Shown here piece after piece: positions 25,258-37,489 of a DNA stretch of 60,000 nucleotides. The DNA comes from Botryllus schlosseri (Eukaryota), in the NCBI GenBank assembly GCA_051294905.1, contig CM119373.1, positions 994,001-1,054,000 of the forward strand, in the 5' to 3' direction. Numbering within the stretch: position 1 is the stretch's first letter; every line of letters begins with the position of its first letter. A program made the position numbers and the translations under genes. The notes beneath the pieces were generated by a model. It was not told the origin of the DNA. It searched no databases and was given only the letters and a program-made list of their open reading frames with translations.

Positions 25258-25630
25258 GTCCACCAGAGTTTTGCGGTTGTGTAGGAGAGTTTTGCCGTAG
25301 TCTACCACAGAGTTTTGCTGTTGTCCACCAAAGTTTTGCGGTTGTCTACCAAAGTTTTGCGGTTGTAAAGGAGAGTTTTGCGGTAGTCTACCAGAGTTTT
25401 GCTGTTATCCACCAAAGTTTTGCGGTTGTATAGGAGAGTATAGTGGTAGTCTACCAGAGTTTGTTGTCCACCAAAGTTTTGCGGTTGTATAGGAGAGTTT
25501 TGCGGTAGTCTACCAGAGTTTTGCTGTTGTCCACCAAAGTTTTGCGGTGTATAGGAGAGTTTTGCGGTAGTCTACAAGAGTTTTGCGGTTGTCCACCAAC
25601 GTTTTGCGGTTGTATAGGAGAGTTTTCTAA
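25258..25630. repeat. About 21-bp minisatellite (AGAGTTTTGCGGTTGTCTACC-like)
   Basis: About 17 diverged units, bracketed by a roughly 65-bp direct repeat at about 25195 and 25717. Confidence 0.9.
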
Positions 25631-26152
25631 CAGAGTCACCCTCAAAACCCTGCTAGTTACCACCAAAACCATGCTAGCAACCCGCAAAAACCAGGCAGAT
25701 TCAGTTATATGCGTGCATCTTTTACAATACTGTCGCTGTATGGCCTCAAGATATCATGGATTTGTTTTGAAATTCAACTATGCACCAAATCTGATGATCT
25801 GTACGCGAAACCCACAAAAGCAAGGCATATTCAGGGAATGTGCGCATCTTCTACAATATTGTCACAGTATGGCATTTGAAGACATAGATTAGGCCTATGA
25901 TCTAATTCAGCATTAGGCAACACTCTCAGCAATTTGAGATGTCTAATGGGACATTCATGTAATTTCTTCACTCAAGTCTTCCAGTTAGAAGGGAGATAGC
26001 CAAAACACCTTGAGAAAAAGGGGAATAGTTGGGAATAGTTGAGTTTTTCAAGTGTGTCCAAAATTGTTGTTACATCACAAATAATGTACATCATGACCAT
26101 GTGGTAGCTCACTTCTTGAAATTTTAAGTACCAGTGGAAATTCACTAGCAAC

Positions 26153-27532
26153 ATGGCAGGAGCAATGGAAAGTACTAAGAATCCTTGTGTTGTTTGCTGC
26201 ATGCAATGTAGAGAGGACTGCATTGAATTTAGTCGGTGCAATGAATGGACTCATTTTAATTGCCTCAACGTGCATGTAAGTAAGGAATATATTGCTAGTA
26301 AAGAATACATCTTCTTGTGCACAAATTGTTATAATTTTGAAGATACACTGCAACGGATATCTTCCAATTTCAATTTGACTACAATGGATCATTTACCTCA
26401 GCAGGAGACCCTCATGATTGAAGCCCATGATTTACGTGCTCCAAATATTACTGGAACTGCAAAAAATCTGAAAGAAGATGTAGGTGCAGTGAAGATTCTT
26501 GAAAAATATGATTCAAAGGTCTTGGCCGAATATCAACCAATATCTGTTGGAACGGATGGAAATTGTTTATATCGCGCAATCTCCCTATTAATGTACGGTT
26601 CAGAGAGCATGCACATTTATTTAAGGACTCTTAGAGCAATAGAAATACTAAAAAATTCACAATATTACGATGACACTGCAAAAGATTATTCGGACCCCTT
26701 CAACGATTGGCGAATAGTATCAGCTTGTCATTATGGCTCACATTCAGACATTTATCATGCTCATGCCATTGCAAATTCCATGGTCATATCATTAGTATCG
26801 TACATGCCATCAGTAGGACCTCAGGACATGCGAGCTCCAGCCTATTGCAAGAAGATTGGAAATGTGCGCAAATTACCTTCGGGATCAGTCATGCGGTCCA
26901 ACACATCACCAAAAGAATTTGAATATAATATCAATCATTCTGTGGTGTTAAGGAAAAGGCATCAACCTGCATGCAATGACTCAGAGCCACTAAAGACTTC
27001 AGTGTCCAATACTACGGCAGTTGTGGTGGAGCAGAAAGGTACTTCCACACCTTCCATTGAAAGTTTGAATACTAGTTGTGACAGCGAGGAGCCTAAAATT
27101 GATGTAGATAGTAGTTTTTTGAAGCCTACTAATATGCAAGCTCTGCCTTGCAACAAATATCTTCCATTCAGAGAAATATTAACCAAGCTTTCCTCTCAAA
27201 TTAGATTGGATCTTCCGAGGAAAGTCCCAAATGGATTGAAGGAAGATGTGTATGTATATGTCACCTTCAAAGACAATGAAAAATGCAAATCTAATGGACA
27301 TCAAAGGGATTTTACGGATGACTGTGGGGCTTGGGAAAAATGTAGTTTCACATACAATTATTATTTGAAGGAAACCAAGGAGTACATTCACAAGCGTAAG
27401 GGTATTTTTTGCAGGAAAAAAATGATTGATGGTGAAAGTACCTTCACTTCTATAAAAAAATTGGTTCGTGATGACCTAATCGGAATCACTAGCTACTATG
27501 CAAAACTTAAAGCAGACAACAAATTGAGATAA
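26153..27532 (+). CDS. PHD finger + OTU/vertnin-like protease-domain protein, probably transposon-encoded and 3' truncated
   Basis: Open 459-aa ORF. N-terminal CxxC...C..WTHxxC...CxxC, then SVGTDGNCLYRAISLLMYG, a His box NHSVVL and DDCGAW. Confidence 0.7.
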   Translation: MAGAMESTKNPCVVCCMQCREDCIEFSRCNEWTHFNCLNVHVSKEYIASKEYIFLCTNCYNFEDTLQRISSNFNLTTMDHLPQQETLMIEAHDLRAPNITGTAKNLKEDVGAVKILEKYDSKVLAEYQPISVGTDGNCLYRAISLLMYGSESMHIYLRTLRAIEILKNSQYYDDTAKDYSDPFNDWRIVSACHYGSHSDIYHAHAIANSMVISLVSYMPSVGPQDMRAPAYCKKIGNVRKLPSGSVMRSNTSPKEFEYNINHSVVLRKRHQPACNDSEPLKTSVSNTTAVVVEQKGTSTPSIESLNTSCDSEEPKIDVDSSFLKPTNMQALPCNKYLPFREILTKLSSQIRLDLPRKVPNGLKEDVYVYVTFKDNEKCKSNGHQRDFTDDCGAWEKCSFTYNYYLKETKEYIHKRKGIFCRKKMIDGESTFTSIKKLVRDDLIGITSYYAKLKADNKLR

Positions 27533-27539
27533 ACTACTG

Positions 27540-29892
27540 GGAGCATGATATTGGTGTTTCAAGTTCAACTCATTTTGATCAATTCAAACAAGTCATTGAA
27601 GATAGGGGTTTGAAGATGTGGCGATTGAAATTACCGAATCAGTTCTATCTCCTGACAGCGAGGAGGTGTCGTATGTTGTGGCTGGGTACATTGGTAAGAA
27701 GGTCCTCCAAATAATGTCTTGTCAAATATGTCATGAGTCCTTTTTTGACGCGTCCTGTGGCGCAAGTTTACGTTATTTCGACTTGCTCGATCACGGGGGA
27801 CTGCTTGCTCCTCAGAACCACTCGGCAAGTTTGTTGCATCCAGTTTTTCGATCCTAGGTGGTTCTGATAAAATCATCTGTTCTCACCCCCAAGTCGCAGT
27901 GAGGGAAGCTGGTCAATATGTTTTGCATCGTTTTGGGGGCACCTCAAGTTTTGCATGTTGTGATCATCGAGATCGAGCTTTAAAATTGGCGAGCAAAATC
28001 AGTGTTAACACATAGTATAATAACAAGCAGTATCTGGTAAATGCCTCTGTGAGAAAAGATGCTGCGAAGGACTTGAAAAAACGGCAGTTGAGCAAGACGT
28101 AGTAGTTTGCTTACTGCAGTAATTCATTTCACTTGCAGAACTTCTATAGGCTAAGCTTCACGTACGTTTTTTCAGAGTAGTTCCCAATGAATGAATTTCA
28201 TTTTCACGTGCTGGAATTCATTTTACCACGCTGTAAAATACTTCTACATGCCCAGGCCGTGTTATTTTTGGCATATGCCAAAACTGCCAAAAATAGCTTA
28301 TTTTTGGCATTTTTCAATTTTTATTTTTGGCAGTTTTGGCATCGACCTCTAAATAGATATTTTCAGACTCGAATTAGTCATAAAAACGCTTTATTTGGGT
28401 CAGTTTATCAATAGAGACCAAAAAATGTGCACCTTCCACTTATAATAAGTACCAACAAACAATAAGAAGAAGAAAAAACCTAGCGATTACATAGGTTAAT
28501 AATATCAAACAAAACCACAAAATGTGCAGTATCCATTCGGAATCGGTGCCAATAAAGCAAAAAGAATGAGAAGCCTAACAAACACGCTCAACTCCTGATT
28601 GTTACAGCTGTTGAATAGACTTAAATTGTTTGCACTGTAACAGTGCTTCCAAACTCAGGTCAGCAAAGTTTCTCCTGAATTAATTTTTCGCCCAACGAAT
28701 CTGGGAAATATCGGCTTCAACAGTAGCCGTTGAGGGAAAGAATGTTGCCAGTCCTCCACAAAAGGTTTTCAAAGCTTCAAAATTTCGGAGGGCAGAACCG
28801 GCTTCCAAGCATCATGAAAAGAGATCACTGCGCTAGTGCCATCGATCTCATCGCGGAAATAATTTTCTTCCCGATACTTTTCCAGGAGTTCCCTGTGTTG
28901 TCTCTCAACACATTCTATTTTGTAGCGCGACCAACCCATCATCTCCATCAGTCTACCGATATATTTTAGCAGGACTTTTGTCACGTCAGATGGCTTTAAT
29001 ATTACCAACTCACATGGAAGAGTCCTGGGAAGGTTAGCTTGTTTAAGAACATTAACGCAACAAGACTGTCTGGCGAAACGAGACTGCAGCTCAGAAATAG
29101 CCGGACTGTTTGTTGTGTCACAATGCTCAACTCGATCACAATGCAAAAATCTTAGTTGAATTTGGGGGTTCCAGATGCATGAGCAGAATACAATTTATAT
29201 TTTAGTAATCAGTACAGCGGCAGATTTCCATTGATACCCGTTTTATCAAATTTAGCGCTCGGCAAGCCGGTTAAAAATGGCCGTAAAATTGCCTTTGGAC
29301 AAATGGAAAGTGTGACGTAAACCAAATGCAGTTAGCCGTTCAATCTCGCTGTGCCCACACCATTTAGGACACCATGCTTTCTCCCCTAATGGGTGGGCTG
29401 GGCCCATAGAGTAAAAAACCTGCCCTTCACACTTGTAATGCGGTCCTGTTAACACAACACCATGAAAGAAATACACTATTGGCAGATTGTGTTATTTTTG
29501 GCATATGCCAAAAATTAGTTATTTTTGGCATTTTCAAATTTTTATTTTTGGCATCTGGCTCCCGAAATGCCAAAAATAACACGGCCTGTACATGCCCATT
29601 GGCATTGCCCAAGTTGGGTATTCTCGTTACATTGTCTTCTTGTATGTTGGTGGATAAATACATTGCGACGCTGTCGCTTGGCTCTTAATTGGGTTGTTTC
29701 ATCTGAAAGTACTAATTTTGCCTGTTATAAGACTTTATTAGACTTGAATGGCTAGGCGTCTGGTATCGAGAAGTGAGATCGCAAGCCATCATGTCTGTTT
29801 TGTAAGCGTCGGCCTCTTATATCCCAAGCGTCGGCCTCTTATATCCTGCAACTGCAATGTGCCATGTTAGGCCGTAGGTATCGTAGGCCCCG
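27540..29892 (+). mobile_element. 3' half of a P-superfamily element
   Basis: YVVAGYIGKK...CQIC...YFDLLDHGGLLAP (THAP9/P C-terminus). Ends in ATCGTAGGCCCCG, the same terminus as the element at 55081-57572. Confidence 0.75.
28253..29588 (-). mobile_element. Internally deleted hAT element
   Basis: TIR CAGGCCGTGTTATTTTTGGCAT, exact TSD TACATGCC at 28245-28252 and 29589-29596. Remnant TVEADISQIRWAKN.FR...DLSLEALLQCKQF. Confidence 0.88.
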
Positions 29893-30970
29893 GTTAACTA
29901 CTGCATATTGACGGATTATTGTATCTGGTTATCTGTATAAAAGTATAGCTAATCAGTCGTCTTGGTGCTCTACTATACAATAGTTATCTGGAGATAGCCT
30001 TTTGCTCTTGGTGAAGCCTGTTGCTCTTGGTGAAGTTCTTCGTAACAGATATATATATATACTCAATACAATGGTTTATATATATACTCAATACAATGGT
30101 TTATTCAAACGTTATACAGTAGTAGCGTATATAGTCTCAATCATAATCCTAATGGTCTCTAACACGTGCCATACCCTAATATACGAGTCTATGGCTCAGT
30201 GGTCTCGAGTCATCACAAGAAGTAAACACTATCTCTCGTGTGCTATACACTCCTATGAGATTATCTATCACCGGCGAGGGGATATCGAATTTCTCAATCC
30301 AAATTCTAAGCATCAGCCTCACGTTCAATGGGAAATGGGATAATACTCGAGTCATCATTTTATCGCCATATGCATTGCTACTCTGCATTTGAAACGGGTG
30401 TATTTCATGCCGTTTCTCCAAATGAATTGATAAACAAGGCCTTTTGATGAATATTCAATCAGCGAGTCAAGATTTATAAGACTCCGTCATTGTGTCTTTC
30501 CGATGCCAGTAATTTCTGAATATCTTTTAATCAACTTCTTTCTTCAGTCCAGATAACAATATGATGAGATTGTTAGTCAAGCTATTAGATCACGATAGAA
30601 CTATTTCTGTTGCTGAGGCAGCGGAGATGAAAAAAAATGCGGTTTACGAGGTATTTGAAGATATACTACACAAAATCAAGTATTAGGACAATGCATTTGA
30701 CCACTATGCAGGGCTTCGGAGCAGCCGTAAATTTGCATTGCTCCAGCTCCGGAGCTTTCTTCTATAATACATCAGCTTCCGGCTCCAGCTCCGGAGCAGC
30801 ATTATTACCACTGCTCCGGCTCTGAAAACTATCGAAGGTGTCTGTCTATATCAGGGGTGAGCAAACCGCGGCCTGAGGTCCATATGTGGCCCGTGATAAG
30901 GCTTTGAGTAGCCCGCGAGCTAATTTCCCATTATATTATCGAAATTCTGTTATATTATCGAAATTGAATT

Positions 30971-33255
30971 TGTGAAAACCCGAGGTTTCCAGAATGTTCG
31001 GTATTTTCCGTTTGAAATATTGTTGCGCGTGGTATGGCTGGAGACCGCGTGTTGAGTTGAGTGGAGTGGGGAGTTGGCTGAGAGCGTGGCTGAAGATGGA
31101 TGCGAGTGAGTGTGTCTCTGTGTTTGGTAGCGTGAAGTATTAGTAGTTTGGGGCAGCAGCGTGAAGTAGTGGTGGTATTAGGCAGTTAGGGCGTGAAGTA
31201 GGTAGTTGGTCTTGTGTTGGCGGGCTTGAGTTGGACGTACCGGTCGGAATCTCTGCGCGGATAGGCTGGGGCACGGCCTAGTCACTGACGGTGCTGCGCG
31301 AGCACCTAGGGAGTGATGTTGCCCCGTTGGTAGTTCGTACTCGCTTGTAGATAGCAAGACTGCTGCTGGGCTAGGTTTAGGCTGATGGGTATGTGTGCTT
31401 GTGCGTGAGGCTTGTGTGGAGTTTAGTTACAGTTTCCTGTGTAGTGTGTATCGTATAGGAGTTATGGATCGTCTGGGTTCCGTTATGTGTCCGTGAGCAT
31501 CGTTATTATGAGTTTCTTGTGTCGTATTAATATAATCTTATACCGCATAGACTTGTGGTGTTGTCGGTTGTACCGTGATTGCAAGTGTCATTTGAGCAGG
31601 CGGCAGTCGCAGGGAGACGAGGTCCCGAGCCCAGTAACACACCTGCGATCCCCGTTATTGCTACCGGTATACGCCGTAACGGGGTCGCTACAAATTTTGG
31701 CGAGCACGCCAGGACCTTGTTTATCTTTGTGATTGCCGCTGCTGTGCATGCGTATAATATGTCGACTATCGAGTGCCGGTATATCGTATATTCGTATTTG
31801 AGAGATGAAGCTTTTTTGGGCGGAACGTTTGGAATAGCTATTTGTTATTGTGTCTGCGGTGGCCGAGTGTTCTGTGGATTCTTTATGACGTGAACAATGG
31901 GAACGAGCGTTCGTACTGGTTTGGCTACTACGAAGTACGAAGCGGAGGCCAATTATAGTGAGTGGATTGGCTGTGAAGAAATTGTAACCAGTGCCTGCAG
32001 TGCATGTGCGTGCACTTGAACTGAAGATGTTACAGAGCCTGGGGTTATGTGCTGGCGGAGTGCAGTAAAGAGGCGGATGGCTGAAGATAACTGGGCGAGT
32101 GACGTTGATTGCGGATTGCGGAAGCTTCAATAAATGTGTATGCTGGATTGCTGGTCAAGCGGAGCATCGGGTCGTAACTGATAGCCCTGTCGTGGGCCGT
32201 GTCGAAGCGCAGGGTTGGCTCAGGCACTGATGACGGTGACAAGCTCGTCAGTGTGTGTCGGCGGCGGAAAATCGAATGTCCCTTTTCGGAACCATCATTG
32301 CTTGGTGGTGGATTCGCATTCAACTGAGGGCAGCTTGGACGGTGGCCATGGCAAGCTGTGGAATGCAGTCGGAACTAGTGCGGCGGACTTCGATGTCGGG
32401 GAGCAGTCTCTGAGGCCAAGCGTACTCATGTTATTGTAAGCTGTTTGTGGACTTGAGCGTATTGCTTTGGAATTGGGCTATTGGTGATTTCGATTTTGTT
32501 TGAGAAAATCTCAATCAAAATAGGCCGGGGTAGTGTGAAAACCCGAGGTTTCCAGAATGTTCGGTATTTTCCGTTTGAAATATTGTTGCGCGTGGTATGG
32601 CTGGAGACCGCGTGTTGAGTTGAGTGGAGTGGGGAGTTGGCTGAGAGCGTGGCTGAAGATGGATGCGAGTGAGTGTGTCTCTGTGTTTGGTAGCGTGAAG
32701 TATTAGTAGTTTGGGGCAGCAGCGTGAAGTAGTGGTGGTATTAGGCAGTTAGGGCGTGAAGTAGGTAGTTGGTCTTGTATTGGCGGGCTTGAGTTGGACG
32801 TACCGGTCGGAATCTCTGCGCGGATAGGCTGGGGCACGGCCTAGTCACTGACGGTGCTGCGCGAGCACCTAGGGAGTGATGTTGCCCCGTTGGTAGTTCG
32901 TACTCGCTTGTAGATAGCAAGACTGCTGCTGGGCTAGGTTTAGGCTGATGGGTATGTGTGCTTGTGCGTGAGGCTTGTGTGGAGTTTAGTTACAGTTTCC
33001 TGTGTAGTGTGTATCGTATAGGAGTTATGGATCGTCTGGGTTCCGTTATGTGTCCGTGAGCATCGTTATTATGAGTTTCTTGTGTCGTATTAATATAATC
33101 TTATACCGCATAGACTTGTGGTGTTGTCGGTTGTGCCGTGATAGTAAGTGTCATTTGAGCAGGCGGCAGTTGCAAAGAGACGAGGTCCCGAGCCCAGTAA
33201 CACACCCGCGATTCCCGTTATTGCTACCGGTATACGCCGTAACGGGGTCGCTACA
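30971..33255 (+). mobile_element. Non-autonomous LTR retroelement (TRIM/LARD-like, Gypsy-type TSD)
   Basis: 722-bp TG...CA LTRs at 30971-31692 and 32534-33255, TSD AATT, PBS, purine-rich tract before the 3' LTR, and an 841-bp interior without gag/pol motifs. Confidence 0.92.
31698..31714 (+). promoter_or_regulatory. Primer-binding site, tRNA-Arg(ACG)-like
   Basis: TGGCGAGCACGCCAGGA just after the 5' LTR, close to the complement of the tRNA-Arg(ACG) 3' end (TGGCGAGCCAGCCAGGA). Confidence 0.65.
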
Positions 33256-34733
33256 AATTGCTCAGATTGTGAACTCGCTAGGCCAACCAAAAATATGATT
33301 CGTCTGGCCGCGACACTAGCGATGTTGATGACTGGACTAAAATATCAGTTTCGACGCATTGGCAGATCCAGAATCCAGTCACATTTTTAGTAAATCGCCG
33401 TCTATTATAATTAACCAAAGAAGCACTTTACTCCGTGCCACAGCATTAAAATTCTGATGCGACGTTTTAACAATGGCACTGTACTCATTGCCATTAGGTC
33501 ATACAGCTCAATTGCCATTAGGTCATACAGCTCAATTCAATCTTCAAATGTGCGATTATTATTCAACTGTAACTGTAAGTTAGCGCAAAATGTTCGGATA
33601 TAACGACGGGATCAAATGGCCAATGGTTTGATGTTCGATATTGGTGCACTAGTTACCAGTCCATCCGGTGTCGATCAAGTTTATCGGAATAATATTTTCC
33701 CGTTGAAATGAATCGAATAATCGAAATAAACCCTGTGTCATGCACATTGCGCCATGCCAATAACGAATTAAACTGTGCAGTATGCACATTCCACATTAAC
33801 AAGTTTACGAAACAGATGATTACAAATTGGAAATCGCGTGTCAAATCAGTATTTTGTCTCCAACATAGAATACCATGGGGTTTTGGCTTAATCTTCTGTC
33901 ATCCCCTAATTAAGTTCGAAAATCCTTACTGGAGTGAATGTCAATGATGCGCAGTAATGAATTGCAATTAGCATGCATAATTGCATATTCGCAATAACAC
34001 TGTCCACTTTCGCGGCCCTACTAAAGAACTATCACGAAAAAACAAGTATTTGCTTATCCGATTCGTAGCAACGATGACATGGAATTTCTCGGCTCGTGCT
34101 CGTCATATCGACATGTGCAACGAAATCACGTTTTTATCATCTCTCCTATTTCGCGTAATACATAGTGATCATTCTTTTCGAAGCGTATGCAATTGGCCAA
34201 CAAGGTTGTGCTGATGATGAAATTGCGGGTATGCCGAATACCCACAATATTGACAGGCATATGTCGCATACCGAGGTTCGGCACTCATGTATGAAAATTG
34301 AACATTGAACTGCTCTACTATTAAATCCCCAGGAACATGGTTAGCGCCAAAGAGGAAAAGATTCTTAATTTCGCGAAGGTTTGCTTTTGAATTCGGTAAA
34401 CTCGGCAGATATGGTTGTTGCATATATAATAGCATCTCATGAAATAAGTCGGAGCCGGAGCTACTTCTCAAATAACTGGCTCCAGCTCCGGCTCCGGCTG
34501 AATTTTATATGGAGCTCCGGCTCCAGCTCCGGTAAAAATGCTCGGCTCCGGGGCTCCGGCTCCAAAGCCCTGCCACTATGTTCATCTCAAGTATGCCATG
34601 GTCGATGGCAATGACGTTCCCAAGGTTAACATTCCAATACACCAAAGAAAAGAAGGCAAGACCAAATTTACTCTATCAACCGTTGGTATCGTCAGCCGCG
34701 TCGAACTGCGGTTTTCTGTGAAACACTCTACAC

Positions 34734-35563
34734 CAGGGGTCGCCAACTCAAAACGGGTCGCGGGCCACTTTTCAAATTTCGTAGCGGCCGCGGGCCGCAT
34801 GAATTCAATATCGATGTAAAGTAGCTATAACCACGTTTTAAAACTCTATGTTAGTACAACGCTGTGCTACCTAACATAGTCGATGGGCATAGTGATCACA
34901 AAAGAAGTAATATTTTATTACAGGAATAAAAATACAACAGAATATCACCGTCATCAATTTCATTTTATTTTGAACTCTGAGCTGTGCACGATACCTTGAA
35001 ACGCTTTTTGGTGCTAGCGACATACGCTACTAAATGAAAGACCATCTCCACGCAAAGCTTGATCTTGTGAAGAAGCACTAAGCCAGTGGTTCTGAAACCT
35101 TTTTAGACATGTCCCGCTTTATGATACTGAAAATTGTCGTCCCCCTTATTGTCACATCACAAAATGCATCCATAGAGGTAGCAATCCGAAGGGATAGTTT
35201 AATGGCATGGATGGTTATGAATGTTGATGACAGAATTCTATAATATGAATTCGGGACTATACACAGAGCAATAACTATAACTATGAACTCGAGGTAAATC
35301 GCGCGGAGCGCGAAAAATTTGTCAGTTGATTGCAGCTCCGCGCCCCCTTCAAATGCTTTCACGCCCCCACAAGGCGACACGCCCCACAGTTTCAGAACCA
35401 CTGCCCTAAGCCGTTTTCTAAGCGTCTCGGTCTTGGCTGTATTTCGGCCATTGCAGGTTAATTTCAGTATGTGCAAGATGTTTTCTTAGCTTTCTTCCGA
35501 AATCTCAAATCATGTCGCGGGCCGCAAAATATGACCCCGTGGGCCGCGTGTTGGTGACCCCTG
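34734..35563. mobile_element. Charlie-like hAT deletion derivative
   Basis: TIR CAGGGGTC(G/A)CCAAC, GCGGGCCGC subterminal motifs, imperfect TSD around TCTACAC. Confidence 0.8.
35084..35403. mobile_element. Charlie-like hAT MITE (320 bp), nested
   Basis: TIR CAGTGGTTCTGAAAC, TSD CACTAAGC/CCCTAAGC (7 of 8 match). Confidence 0.85.
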
Positions 35564-35856
35564 CAGTCTACACGCAGTGGTTCCCAACCTCTTTCGATGT
35601 CCGGGCCAACTTTAGAATTTCAGAGTACGGTTGGGGCCGCACGAAGAACGAATAGAAACATCAGGAAAAAGGAAATTCAATTTATTGTACAATTTGGCAT
35701 TGGCTTTGATGAAGAAGTGTGCCAAAGCGAGGAGGAATTACAGATGCTTCAGTACGCAGTAGCTGCTTGAGATGGCCATCGGTCAATTGATTGCGATATT
35801 GATTTTTGATTCTGGCCATTTTGCTGAAAAGTGCTTCTCATACATAACTCTTTGAG

Positions 35857-36790
35857 ACCCAGCCCACTCATATGAGTGGGTGATTGTCTTCCCGGAACAT
35901 CCACGCCCACTTATATGAGTGGGCGATGACCGCTTCGCGATTCAAGCGTCTACCTATGCAACCTTCTTAGCATTATACTTGAAGGTAGAAGCGATATAAG
36001 GCACAATTGATACTATTTTTAAATAGCACGACAGTACTTGTAGCTATTAATCAGTTTTGATTGTGAGCTCAAACAGAGCTCAAACACACACAATGAAGGT
36101 CATTGATGAATAAACTATACAAACACGCCATGACCTTCTCAACTATACGATTTCATCGGCAAAGATGGATGGCTGCAAGGATTCCGGTACAACGTATAGT
36201 AGTGGGTGCGAGGCCGTCTTATCCAATGCGTCCAGCTCAGAAGACGAGATTGCGCCAATCGCGTTATTGCAGCATGCAAGACCTTCGCGTATCGTCATTG
36301 GTCATCTCGCCGACGAATGCAAGAAAACGCATTGATAGCCTACTGTAGTGCGTACTGGAGCGAGAGGCCGACCCAGGCATCAACCTTATACGCCTTGTAA
36401 TCATATTCCTGATGCAACTGCGGAAAATCTCGAGCCTCCAGTAATGATTGATCCGCATCCACATACGGTAGCACATCTAACAAAGGGTCAAAGGAAACGC
36501 GACATACCCACGAGACGTCCTAGCATGGATAGATTGCGGGCCAGGCATTTTGCGAAACCAACTCCTCCTGGCTCCAATAGACCCGACCCCATCTGCAGAA
36601 GGACAGTCATGTCTGTTACCACAAAGAGCGCACGAAACAGCTACGTGAAGGAACATCTGTCGGGCAGAAATTAAGACCTGGCGAAACAAGCTTCATGTGC
36701 GCTGAATGCGGTGTAGCTTTGCATGTCTGTTCACCCATGCATTGAAGTTTACCACACAATAGAAGAATACAAAAACTAAAAAAAATGAAC
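35857..36790 (+). pseudogene. piggyBac remnant (C-terminal cysteine-rich domain)
   Basis: DRLRARHFAKP...ETSFMCAECGVALHVC...YHT across frames; repeated CCCACT.ATATGAGTGGG palindromes at the left end. Confidence 0.65.
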
Positions 36791-37489
36791 TCTGTCCCGC
36801 TGATCAAATGTAAATAATCTTGTTAGTTTGCGGTTTTTTTTTCATAGAGACTGTTAGTTGGTTGTTGTATATACAGGTCCAGCATAGTGTTCAAGACGCT
36901 AAGGGCATTATCACCGCGGGAGTCGTCTTCGTTTTGTTCATTTTTCATTCAGAGTTGTTGTTGACTTCATTATGCTTGCAAATGCACCTTGTTATTCATC
37001 ATCAGTTACATTTTCTACAGTGCGGATAGTTCATCAGGTGCAGTGTAAAATTAGTACCGCTGATATTGCGCTGAGCCAATAACCTAATTATAAGTTTCCC
37101 GAATGTTGAAAGTAAGTCACCAAATATTCATTCCACCAAATATCGTCAGATTCCCAAATCTAGGCGATTTTTTTTCAAAAACTGTGGCTTCAGTCAGTAC
37201 GTTTCTTTTTTCCGAAAGATTTACATGAAACATTGGACATAACGGAAGTAAAAAATGATGAAATATGATTCCTTTCCGTACACTTTGTTACATGTGATTA
37301 TCCTAATTACACGTCTTTCATCTGTTAGGGATTTATGCTCTGAACTGGTATTATGCTCTGAACTGGTAGTTATTTCGGTATGTTTCAGGCTCAGAACTGC
37401 TTTACTGAAATGTATGTTCCTGTAGATATACATACAGTTGTCTTCCATTATCGCAGGCCCTTGAGACGTACTTCTTTTGCGATCTTTTG

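Larger units (their letters stand above)
30709..34572. mobile_element. hAT element with GGCTCC subterminal repeats, hosting nested inserts
   Basis: TIR CAGGGCTT(C/T)GGAGC, exact TSD CCACTATG at 30701-30708 and 34573-34580. Confidence 0.88.

Noticed and set aside
25258..25630. CRISPR-like array
   Set aside because: Contiguous degenerate units with no unique spacers and no cas genes; eukaryotic context.
31487..32439. ORFs inside the LTR element as gag or accessory genes
   Set aside because: Short, overlapping on both strands, no recognisable motifs.
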